A stretch of 64,000 bases of DNA from NCBI RefSeq assembly GCF_018977255.1, contig NW_024704743.1:109308001-109372000 (forward strand), in the 5' to 3' direction. Below are positions 38,507 through 51,300 of this stretch, piece after piece (position 1 is the first letter of the stretch; the number at the start of each line of letters is the position of its first letter). The stretch comes from Callorhinchus milii (lineage: Eukaryota). The notes beneath the pieces were generated by a model. The model did not search any database. It was not told the origin of the DNA and saw nothing but the letters and a program-made list of their open reading frames with translations. The translations under genes were made by a program, and so were the position numbers.

Positions 38507-39399
38507 TCAAGAGTGATCCATAGGTTCAACTGTCCCCTCAGGTTCTTGACTATCCATTTCTTCAAGATCTTCGTTTAATAGGTTCCCATCTTGCACTTTG
38601 CTTGTTGCTATGGATGAATGGGAGAACATTTCCACACCAATTGCTGTTGTTTCCATACGCAAACGCTCATGGCCTATTTGTGGAGCAACCGAAGGCTGCT
38701 CCAGTACACCAGTTTGTGAGCTTCCAGTTCGTATTATCTGGAGTGAAGAAGTTGTATTCTGTACTTCTGCTTCTTGGGCATCACTAGGTATTGATTGCTC
38801 TGAATTTTGATCCCGCAAATGTTTATCCATGGAGGCTTGAATTGATGATACCATCTCCTGCAACTTCTTACGTTGCGCTTCAATTAAATTAGGATTAAGC
38901 TGCCTACTGTCTCTCATGGTTACAAAGCCAGGTGCCATTCGTATTAGCTCACCATCTCCACTGCTGGATTTGGGAGGGGAAGCCCCTTGCTTGGGACTAG
39001 ACTTGCCAATACCATAACTGACATCTGTTACTGAAGAACTGCCAGTGCTTAGTTTCCTGCTGTGCCGCTGTTCCAGCTGTGGGCTACTTGAAGCAGTTCC
39101 AAGGGAATGGCCTTTTCCCTGGAAAGCTGTTACATTTGGCATTTGCTCAGATTTTTTTCGCACCACTCCACCACTGCCAAGTTTCATCCTTCCATGTGAG
39201 GAAGGACTTCCTTCTCTGCTTCTTGTCCCCTCAGATTGTAACTGATTTAAGGCCTCTTTAATCAGACTGTCAATGTCAGGACCAATGGGAATATGTCCTG
39301 CTGGATCAATGCAAAGCTCCAGCCTATCTTCTGACCCATTATACACAAAGGTTTTACCAGGAAGATGGGGAAGTGTTAGGTGCTTCCCATCCACCAAGC
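38507..39399 (-). CDS. VCPIP1: VCPIP1 exon 3 coding part ([20 protein letters not shown]...EPMDHS*)
   Basis: tgcag|GC TTG..., 893 nt; ORF 38507..39397. Confidence 0.97.
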
Positions 39400-42300
39400 C
39401 TGCATAGAAAAATGTACATCAAAAAAGCATTGAAAACAATTGTCATACTAGCAAATAATGCAGTATTTGTGGTAGCAATTTTACAAAATTCATTCTGGAA
39501 TTTAAAACATGAATTAATTAATTACTTAAGAGTTTATCTTCACAAATAGAAATGAATGTTCATTATGTGTGCTCAATGCAGTACCGATATTTGAACCAAC
39601 ATAAAGATTCTAAAACTTGTTTGAATACGCAACAAATGTTTTGGCCTTAGTAATTCTACTACAATTGGCCTTAGTAATTCTCAGTGTGAAAGGGGGAAGG
39701 GATTCCTGCTCATCATTATTTCCCAGTGAAGATGTGGATGTTGGGTGAGAAAAGTATTGGGTTCAGCTGTATGTATTGCCCAACAAGGTCGAAATGCATG
39801 TTGATTCTTCCAATCTAGGTTTACATATGGAAAGATGCCAGTGAACTGTCCATGTAACTACTTGAGCAAAAGCCAATGTTTTAAGGAACACTAAGAGAAA
39901 AGTGGTGGAAAAAAATCATAATGTGCACACTTGAATAAATCACTATGTAGAAGTAGGAATGGCAAACACAAACCTCACACAATAATTTCTGTGAATTAAA
40001 ATATTACAGTTCTCTTCCTTTATCTCACAACTAAAACTATTAGAAAATTAAGAATATTTTCACCTTTAACCTTCGGATCACTTACTTTGAAAGTAGACCC
40101 AGCAATTTACCTCCCTGAGAATTCATAGGTAAATCAACAAATAATGATAAAATATGAATTTCAAGAGTACTGGGTAACAGAACACTGCTTGCAATGAGGA
40201 GAGTATAATCAGAATGAATGGTAAATTATAAGTGGTGCAGAAATAGAAGAGAATGTTAAAGAGCCTTAGCAACATGGTAATGCAGTGTGGGTAAGAGGCA
40301 AGGGAACAAAATGAGCTGGAAGCAAAATCTAGAGAAAAGAACCCAAGACCCCACAGGAAATATTCAGGAGCCAAAGTTGTAAAAATGTTGATCCAGTAAT
40401 AATGCTCTTAATGCTTTGAGAATATGCCACCGCATTGTAATTCACTGAAAGTGACAGTGACATTCAGCGTTAGAAAATTGGTATGCATGACTTTATTCAT
40501 GAATTTGAATACTATAGCCTTTCAATATGTCTAAACGGAATGTTCATCTCTTCACTAACCACGTAGAAATATGACTATGTGGTCAGAATATTTGAACTTG
40601 AAAGACTGACAATTTTATTTTTTGTATGCGTCTGGAAACTTGAGAGAGGCTGAACTGTTGGAGGAAAATATTACTTTGGACAGAATACATAGACAAAAGC
40701 AATTTCTTGTCTTTCTGAAAAAAATTCTAATTAATTTCTAGGACTTTTCTCTCTACATCAAGAACAATTTTTTTCCTAGGATGGGTTAGTATTATTTGGT
40801 TACAATGCTGTTTCCTAATAAGATAAATTTATGGCTCTGAATCAAGAAATTGTTTCAATAGTTGTATGGGCTGCAAGATCATTCCAATTGGTGACAGTGT
40901 TACAATTATCATTGTGTTAGAAGAATTTCTCCCATTAAACAGTGCCCTTAATCTACAGATACACTAACAGCTGTGCCCTCGCGGCTGTCAATCTACCCCC
41001 ATTGATTTGTACTTACCAATAATAGGCTTGGGGCATAGTGAACATTATATTGGAGGCTGATGTTGACCATTTAAGTCAAAAACAGAAGTCACTGGGAACA
41101 CCCAGCAGGTCAGGCAGCATCTCAAATTTTGTTTCAGATTTCCAGCATCTGCAGTATTTTGCATTTTGACCAGTTAAGTTACGGGGAGCGAAGTCCATCC
41201 TGACCCTGCATCTCTAATGTTACTATATCTTGATTTTTTTTAAAAAAAGTTTGCTCAGAGGCAGTAACTTATGAACTGGCTGACCCAGTTAATGCTCAGT
41301 TGAAATATTCAAAAGAAATTTGAATAAATTCCTGATCAAGAAAAAAAGTGGATCCAATAAAGTACAGTTAAAGTAAAAGGTAAATGACCACTAAAAAGTG
41401 GGCATGTTTTAAAGGATGTGTTCAATGTCCTTTCCTAAATTCTACTTTCCTATATAATAATAATCCTTGCATTTGATATAGCGCCTTATCACGTCTTCGA
41501 GACGTCTCAAAGCACTTCACAGAATATACTGTAAAGTGAATTGACTGTATATTTTGGGGCCAAACACGGCCGCCAATTGTGCACGGCAGCGTCACACAAA
41601 CAGTCATACATTGAGTGGCCGCATTATTTTCTCCATACCATACATAATGGTCAAATCTGGACCAAATATATCCCCAGTACAACCAACACTGGACAAAATT
41701 CAAAAGTTGAAGATGAACATACAAGTTCCAGGGGCTTAGTTCACTTCTCTTGACTGCCTTGGAGGAGATTGGAGGAAAGAAATGTACCTTTATTTCACTT
41801 TAGTAAAACCGTATCACAGAATTTTACAATTTTAAACTGATTATAGGGATATTGTTCTGTTCGACTAACAAAGAGTACCCTCTTTGCAGTAGCGGTAAGA
41901 ATCCAGAGTAATTGAGGAAATGTAGAGGGGGTTAACAAATTTGCAATAATTACAAAAAGTGAATGAGGAGCATTAAAATGGTGAATAGTGTAACATGATT
42001 TACTTACCCACATCTTTCTTCATTGTATTATAGAACACTCCACCACGTTCAAACAAATGTGGCAGCTTCTTTGCATAAGACCACACATCTTCACCTGTGC
42101 AAGACAATCGAACAAAGGCATAAAAATTATAATCAGTTGGCATAAAGTTCCTATCTATTTAGGAAGATGCCTATCTGAAACATTATTAAACAGTACTGCC
42201 ATTGCATTTCCCTGTAGTCAGCTAATATTTTGTAGCTTTCACTGCCAACATCATGCATAAATTGCAATCAAACTAAAGGGATAGGCAGTCAATATACTTT

Positions 42301-45300
42301 GAGGTTCCTCAAGGGTACTCTGCCTGCAACCTGTAACAAAAAGGTAAGCAAATATGTCTTGAGTTAGCGCTTTGGGACAGCCTCTCGACATGAAAGGTGC
42401 TCTATAAATGTCATTTTGTTGTTACTAGTCCTCTATTTTTTCCTTTTTAGAATGCAAGCAACCTGGCAAAACCAACCTGAGGTCGAATGCTCATTAGAGA
42501 TTTGTGGACAACTGCAATAGGAACTAAAGCACATCATATAAGTACTTCACCTTCAAAATACAGTAAAACAGTACAGTAGAACAGTTTCAAACAAAATAAT
42601 TGTTATGAGTACAATTGCTCTTCCCAAGGAAAATAAGTCAAAAAGGAAAGAAGAATCTAAACACTTCTGATGCCAAACCCTGTTGCCCACATACTTATCC
42701 ACACAAAACTTTGCACCCTCCGCTATTCTCTCCAGGATCCCCATCTCTTCTTCAACCATGCCTAATCACCTTCCTCCTCTCCCCTATTCTCACTGCTCAG
42801 TGTCTGACTCTATAAAGCACTGGAGGATGTTACTTTTTGTGAAGGGCATAATTGCAAAGTAGTATTTTTATTAGTATAACTATGTTACAATCCTGAACAG
42901 CTTCTAGAATTTGGCAAATTGGTGAATTCAGACTCTGAAGTCAGTTTTTTGGAATTTACAGAAAATCTGCTTCAAAATTAAGAAGTTTGTTGACTAACCA
43001 GTCCAAAGTACTGGATAAGTTGTGCAACAAATCTTGAAAAGAAGCCAAAGCTGGATATGTTAAACCAACTTTATCTTATCAAGATGAAAGCTCAAATTCC
43101 TCAGTTCAAATAGATACTGATTTTTTTATTAACCTTATGTTCCTTATTTTAAAAGTCATAACTACTGACTGCCGCCTAGTATGAATTTTCAGATAAGACT
43201 TTAAACCAAGGTCTGGACAAATAACAATAACCCTTGCATTTGATACAGCACCTTATCACCTTGGGAGGATGTCTCAAAGCGCATTACAGGACTTACTGTG
43301 AAGTGGAGTGACTGTTTATTTGTGGGAAACGCAGCAGCCAATTTGTACACAACATAGTACCACAAACAGCCATGATGTGAGTGACCAAATTGTATTTATA
43401 AACAAAACACAAAATACTGCACATGCTGAAAATCTGAAACAAAAACAGAAGTCTTAGTCTTACCCCATTTTCTCTTGGCCTGCCTCCCCCCACTTTTTAG
43501 TCCTTAAAAGCCTCTCTCTCCCAACGTGGAGTCCTGTAGCTCAGTGGTTAGAGCACTCGCTTTGCAAGCGAGACACCTGGGTTCAATTCCAGGCCGGGCA
43601 AAACCTTGGGCAAATTTCCTTACTCCACACACCTAATAATAATCCCTCCAAAACAAAACAATAATAAATTGGTCATTTTCAATCCACGACTGTTTGTGGG
43701 ACACTGCTGTGCGCAATTGGCTTCCACGTTTCGCCCACAAATATATCAAATGCAAAGATTATTATTATTATTAACATGCCCCAGTTCTGACGAAGGGTTG
43801 TGGACCCAAAACGTTGACTAATTTTCCTTTTTCCATAGATGCTGCCTGACCAGAGTGTTCCTAGCGACTTCTGACTTTGTATCAATTACTCTACAACTGT
43901 TACTAAAGTAGAATGAGTGTTGTTTTAGGAAATGTAATAATAATCCTTGAATTTGATACAGCGCTTTTCACGTCTTCTAGACATCTCAAAGTGCTTCACA
44001 GAATACACTGTAAAGTGAATTGACTGTATTTTTGTGGGCGAAACGTACGTGTTAATATTTCTCACAATTCAAGTAAAACAAAATAATCCAGATCTTAAGG
44101 AAACATTTACTGGGATAGTTCAAAAGCAATAACTAAACCAGGATCACAGGTTAGTTACTAAACAGAACAGAATTATTTTTCTAAAGGAAAATATCAACAA
44201 GTAGTCTATCAATTTAGTTCAGCTAGAATCATATAAAAGTACACTGACAGCACTCCACCTCTGGGTCAAAAGGCTGTAAAGATGCACACTCCAACTTACG
44301 AAGCCAGTCCAGAACCTTGGAGCCTTGTTTGAACCTCAACTATCCTTCCTAGCCCATATGCGTGCCATGTCCCGCTCTACCTTCCCCATCTCCGCAACAT
44401 CACCCAGGCAGGCCTTCTACCACTCTGCCCCACTCTCTGGAACTCCATCCCGCAGTCCCTCCGCCTTGCCTCCTCCCTTGTCTCCTTCAAGACCTGTCTC
44501 AAGAACCTCCTCTTCGACCGTGCCTTCAGTCACCCTCCTTCCCCCCCTATCCTTCAGTCTCCCCGAACCCGAACCCGAGCTTGCATCCGAAACACTGATT
44601 ATCCAGTGGCTTGGGCTGGTGTCCTGAAGTGAAAGGCACTATACAAATATAATTCTGTGTTGTAAATTTGAGATACGAGTTCCTGATCTAGGTTGAGAAT
44701 GTTAAAGAGGGAGATCTGATTGAGGTTAAAATAATATAGAGAATTAACAAGGTAGACAGGTAATAACTACTTCCTCAGCAGGGTGAATCTGAACAAGGGG
44801 ACATGATCTGAAAATTAATACTAAAATGTTTAATGCAGAAATCATCACACAAAAGCAATTGAGAAAATGTAATGCACTCCTCATAGAAGACCATACATGT
44901 AATCAATAGAGGTATTTAAGTGGGAAATAAATACATACTCAGAATTAAGGACTTTAAGACATATGGAGAAAAGGTAGGGAAATGTGATTAGAAAAATGAG
45001 AAGGAACATCAAACCTCTGACAACTACATCATAGCAACAATTATTGGCGCTTCAGCACTGCATCATTCTGTGGCAATTTTCTATTTTTTAAAAACGCATG
45101 TATTTTGTACACAATCACACGAGAGTGTAAGAATTTCACACCGACAATCTTTCTGCTATTTTAATTTAAATATGCATATTTAAGCAGTTGTTATAAAAAT
45201 AAAACACATTTGACATTATACTGCACATGAAGTGTGGTGACTACTGTTATGGAGGCATAAGTGTTGGTAGTAACATACCATTTTAAGTTCTTGTTACATG

Positions 45301-48300
45301 AGGCTTCTCCTTTAATACTACTGTTCATGCACAGCTCGAAGCTGAATGGCACCAAGCAATTCCATTTAGATCGGCAGATAGGGGGTCAATTTCCAATGTA
45401 TGCAGATGTCACCTAACTATCTCTCTGCCTCCACCCTCGACTCCAGGACCACTGCTGTCCTGACAAAATGTCTGTCAGATATCAAGCCCTGGATGAGAGC
45501 TAACTTTCTTCAGTTGAACGTCAACAAGACCGAGGCCCTCCTCATTGGCTACCGTCAGTACCTCCACACCTCAGGCATTGACAACATCACCATCCAAGGG
45601 TGCACACTCCATCTTGCCAGCCAGTCCGGAACCATGGCGTCTTGTTTGACCTTCAACTATCCTTTCTAACCCACATCCGTGCCATGACCCGCTCTGCCTT
45701 CCCACACCTTTCCAACATCGCCCGGCTCCGCCACTGTCTCATACCACAGGTCGCCGAGATCCACACACACGCATTCATAACATCCAGGCTCGACTATGCA
45801 AACTCCTTGCTTGTCAGCGTCCCCAACTCCTCCCTACGTAGGCTGCAGATCATCCAGAACTCTGCAGCTCGTATCCTCTCCCGCACCAGGTTCCATGATC
45901 CTGTCACCCCCATCCTTGCCCGACTCCACGGCTTCCCATCACACAGAGGATACAGTTCAAGATCCTGTTCCTCACCTTTAAAGTCCTCCATAACCTAGCA
46001 TTCCCCTATCAACCTATCCGCTCCTGCCGCACAGCAAGCTCCGGCCTGCTTCACATCCCCCGCCTCACCCCCCTACTATTGGCGGGCAGGCCTTCAGCCA
46101 CTCTGCCCCCACCCTCTGGAACTCCTTCCCACAGTCCCTCTGCTTCTCCCCGCCCTTGCCTCCTTCAAGACCCATCTCAAGACCCTCCTCTTCGACTGTG
46201 TGTTCGATCATCCCCCTTCACCCACTGCCCTCCACCCTCTCCAGACCTGGAGGGTGGAGGGCAGTGGGACTAAGGAATGTCACAATCGAGCCAGCCTTCG
46301 GTGGTGATCTCGGTAGTCCGGTTCCTTAGCCAGGCGGGCCTGCAGCATTCCAGGGCACTGCTAATGACAGCACAGCATCGGCAGGACCTGGTAGAGCAGA
46401 CCAGTCACTGGTGGCAGGGAGTCATCCCGCTAAGATCCTATTAACCCTGCAAGCCAAAGCCCTAACAGGTATGGTGATCCTAGCTGGACAAGCAGTGGGA
46501 AAGCTTCCCAAGCAGCAATATCAATGGCAATGCAACTTTACCTGGTTAATCTCCAGCAATACCCCATCGCACACTCTAGGGTACTTAAGCCTTGGCTCTT
46601 GACAACCTGTGCCTAATTCTTTCGGGAATTAGGTAAGCAGAATGTGTCCCTCCAGGGAGCGAGTGCACATTCCATTCCAACAATCTATCCCTAGGACTTC
46701 CATGTGCAAGTGGGATGCATGGAAATCTTAAGCATGGTGATGGAATTCCCCATGTGTCAGACTCCCCGCTGACCAAAATAAATAAATAAATAAATAACGA
46801 GAGCTTGGCAGCCTGAAAACATTTCTTGAAAACATTGGCCTGCATAACAAAACTGGGCTAAAGGTTAACCTCACTGAGAGAAGCCACAAGGAAGTCCAGT
46901 AAATTAATAACTTGCAATATCGGTTAATTGAATAGTCAGGTTTATTGAATAGAATTTAGAAATCCCAAACGATTTGCATGCTAAATCTAAGAATATAGAT
47001 CAGTTAATTGAATACCAGGTTCATTGAATTCCAGGCAGGGCGAAACCTTGGGCAAGTTTCCTTACTCCACAAGCCTAATAATAATCCCTCCAAAAACCAA
47101 AAACAATAATAAATTGGTCATTTTCAATCTACGACTGTTTGTGGGACATTGCTGTGCGCAATTGGCTGCCGCGTTTGCCCACAAGTATACAGTCAATTCA
47201 CTTTACAGTGTCTTCTGTGAAGCGCTTTGGGACGTCCTCCCGACGTGAAAAGCGCTATATCAAATGCAAGGATTATTATTATTATTATTATTACATGTAT
47301 AATTTGGTTTATGGAATAATTTTCCCTGTGACCGTTCATATTAAAAACAATTAATCCAAGTCTGGATAAACACACTATCCCAAATCACTACCTACTACAG
47401 TGAAGAGTGAACATCATTGACATTTTCTCATCTCATGTGGAGTCCTGTAGTTCAGTGGTTAGAGCACTCGCTTTGCAAGTGAGACCCGAGTTCAATTCCA
47501 GGCAGGGCGAAACCTTGGACAAGTTTCCTTACCCCACACGCCTAATAATAATCCCTCCAAAAAAAACAATAATTGGTCATTTTCAATCCATGACTGTTTG
47601 TGGGACATTGCTGTGCGCAATTGGTTGCCGCGTTCGCCCACAAATCTACAGTCAATTGACTTTACAGTATATTCTGTGAAGCGCTTTGGGACATCTAGAA
47701 GACGTGAAACGCACTATATCAAATGCAAGGATTATTATTATTATCCCTCCCTCTCGCCTTGCCTCACTCCCCAGAGGTCCCTGGCAACTGACTGGTTGAG
47801 CATGAGCGAGTGTGTCTGATTTGTGAAGGAGCACGTTGCCAGTTCCATGTAGGTTGAAGTATGTGTGGCTCAAGTTCTAGGAGATGAGTCTCCTCTTAGA
47901 TTTAGTCTGGTTATACAAATAACTTGGTTCATTGAATAATTTTTGCTATAAAATTGAGTATTCAATTAACAGAATATCACTGAATTATATTAGCAAAAGC
48001 AGAAACTAATCTGCACCAGCATTGTCCCGAAAACAACACTGAGATAAACAGACAATTCATTTGAATTTGGGAGTGAAGTTGAATTGGGGGTGGGGCGCGG
48101 AACTAGGTCAGGGTCATTGGGAGAAGTCACCTAATTTCTTTGAACTGCGCTGTTGTCCCTTTAATGCAAATTATTATTTATTATTATGCAGATATTCCAG
48201 AACTCTGCAGCCCGTGTCCTCTCCTGCACCAAGCTCCGTGACCCCATCTCCCCCACTCTCGCCCGACTCCATTGGCTCCCTATCCTTCAGAGGATCCAGT

Positions 48301-51300
48301 TCAAGATCCTGGTCCTCACCTACAAATCCCTCCATGGCCTCACCTCACTCTACCTGTGCGAGCTCCTAACACCCTACCAACCCGTCCGTTCCCTCCACTC
48401 AGCCGGCTCCGGCCTGCTCCACATCCCCCAACCCACCCGCCCCGCCATTGGTGGGAGAGCCTTCAGCCGCTCTGCCCCCAACCGCTGGAATTCCATCCTT
48501 TAGTCACTCTGCCTCGCCCCCCTCCTTAGCCTCCTTCAAGTCCCGCCTCAAGACCCTCCTCTTCGACCAGGCCATCGGACAACCCCCTTCCCCTCCCTTT
48601 CCCCCTCCCTGACCCCAGCTCGGGTCTGAAATGCTGTACTCTGTCCAGCGCCTTAGGACATCCTACCGATGTGAAAGGCGCTTTACAAATGTAATCTTAT
48701 TGTTGTTGTTTTAGCTTACAGGACCCACGAGGCAGATGGAACCTAAATTAATAATCAAAAATGGGAGGATGATGTAGAAATAAACAGTACAATTGTATAA
48801 TATAGAATGTTATGTATAGAAAAACAGCAGCTAACCTGTGCCAGCTAAGTCAGACAAACAGATGAAATTAGAACTGAGGAAGAGGTAAAATTTTAAAAAA
48901 AATCACACTTGTACAGTCATGGTGTTCTTCCAAGTATAGGGATATGGTAAATTATAGGGAAGGTGTATAATGTGGTTTACTCTACATCTCCTCCATAATG
49001 TAACTGACCTGGAAGTGTGATATTGACACAAGGCCCAAACACAGGAAAAGCATTTCATTCCACAGTACATTCATTTTCAATCCAAGACTGTTTGTGGGAC
49101 GCTGCTGTACGCAATTGGCTGCCGCATTTCGCCCACAAATATACAGTCAATTCACCTTACAGTCTATTTTGTGAAGCGCTTTGAGACGTCTAGAAGACGT
49201 GAAAAAGAGCTATATCAAATGCAAGGATTATTATTATTAGACCCCAATTGCACCAAACAGTTTGTTGCTGTAGCAAAATTAAGCATTTAAACTGAGAGGA
49301 GTCCCAGACATCATGTGAATGACAATCTGCCTCCTGTCAGTGTGATTGTGGAATGATCTGGCAGCTGCATACGTAGCAAAAAAAAATCAGTGTACTATTT
49401 TCGCCTTCTCTTAAGGTCACATTTCAGAAGCAGGAAAACAGGTAACCTGCTTCCAGACAACTGTCGATACTGTTTTTTGAGCCAGGCATTAAGAATTGCA
49501 CAAGAATGGTCTCAAGTGATTGGTTCTCTGGATTATTTTCTCTCACCACCTCTCACCCCCCAGCAGCCCTGGCTAGTCATCATCTGATCAATAATTCACC
49601 GCGGTGAAAAAAAATTACAACTGGTGGAATAATGCACAATTCCTCACTGTTTGAGCAACCTAAAGTTTATTAAGAGTTGAATATGTCTTTTAGTCAATTT
49701 CAGAACACTTGAATCATCTAGTGTTTCCCAGAGAAAAAATAATCTAACAAAAGCTGATTTCTCTGGTATATTCACACAAAAAAAATACATGTAAACTACT
49801 GGGGAACTGAATGGCAGACTGAGTTTGCACACAGTCCTTTCACTGATTTGACCTAGGTTTGAATCGTACTCTGCTGGAAAATGTGTATGTTGCAGATGTC
49901 AATGGAAAACAGAATTGAGTTCAGTTGTGTTGCCTTTCATGGTTCTGGTTCAAGTTGAGGGCTGTTCCTAAAGCTGTATCTCAGAATTAGCACTCCAAGA
50001 GAGGGAGAGNAAAAAAATAGAAGCAGTGATACAGCTATGAAGCCATCCTAAAAATAAAACTGAGTGCCCATTAAGTTATTTAAAACAAAAAAATCAGTCT
50101 AGCTCTCTTTCCATTCCATTTTCCGGCCCAATAATTTCTTTAAAAAAATAAATTGGTCACTCAATCCATGACTGTTTGTGGGACTCTGCTGTGTGCAACT
50201 GGCTTCTGTGTTTGCCCACAAAATATACAGTCAATTCACTTTACAGTATATTCTGTGAAACGCTTTGAGACGTTTCAAAGATGTGATAAGGCGCTATATC
50301 AAATGAGTTAGAGTTTGTTAATCAATTTATAACTACACAGCTCGATCTCGTCCCAACTCTTCCCTTCACAAGCTGCAGATCATCCAAAACTCTACAGCTG
50401 GTGTACTCTCACGCACCAGGCTCCGTGACCCCATCACTCCCACTCTCGCCCGACTCCACTGGCTCCCCATCCCCCAGAGGATCGAGTTCAAGATCCTTGT
50501 CCTCAACTTTAAGGCCATCCATGGCCTTGCCCTCTCCTACCTCTCTGACCTGCTGACTCCCTACCAACCTGCCCGCTCCCACCATTCATCGGGCTCCAGC
50601 CTACTCCATGTCTCCCACCCAACGTCGGTGAACGGGCTTTCAGCCTCTCTGTCCCCACACTCTGGAACTCCACCCCACGGTCCCTTCACCTCGCTTCCTC
50701 CCTTGCCTCCTTCAAGATCGGTCAAGACCCTTCTCTTCGACCATGCCTTTGGTCTCCCTCCCACCTCTCCGCCTTCCCTCACCCCTAAACCACCCCTCCC
50801 TCATGCTCGGGCCCCGACACCTCAGCGCTTTGGTACGTCCTCCCGACATGAAAGACGCTCTATAAGTGTAATTTTGTTGTTGTTGTTACTTGTCCTCTAT
50901 TTTTTCCTTTTTAGAATACAAACAGCCTGGCAAAACTAACCTGTGTTGTATAATATCCAGTACATTTTTCTCCCACTCTTTGGGTAATGCACTTCATCAA
51001 TCATATAGAACAGGCAGCAATCCTGCATGCAGAACTTAGAAAACAGGTATAACTTCCCCATGGGGCTACATTCTATCATCTGACTAGCGTTTAGTTTTAA
51101 CAAGCTTGAGATATATTGTGCAGAAACTGTAGACATAGACCTGGATCCCACACAGCACCTCTCTTGCCATACAATAGTATTCTTTCAATTATAGATACAT
51201 ATAGATACATGTATAAAATCCCATTTGAAATGCCGTATTTCAAGACTAGATATCTAATGGGTTTTTCATATCACATCCCGTTTGCATTAAGGATTTATGT

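Noticed and set aside
47139..47819. Recurrent peptides [12 protein letters not shown]...CKDYYYY
   Set aside because: Translations of SINE copies, not a gene family
50010..50010. Single N base
   Set aside because: Assembly ambiguity next to a poly-A run; not biological
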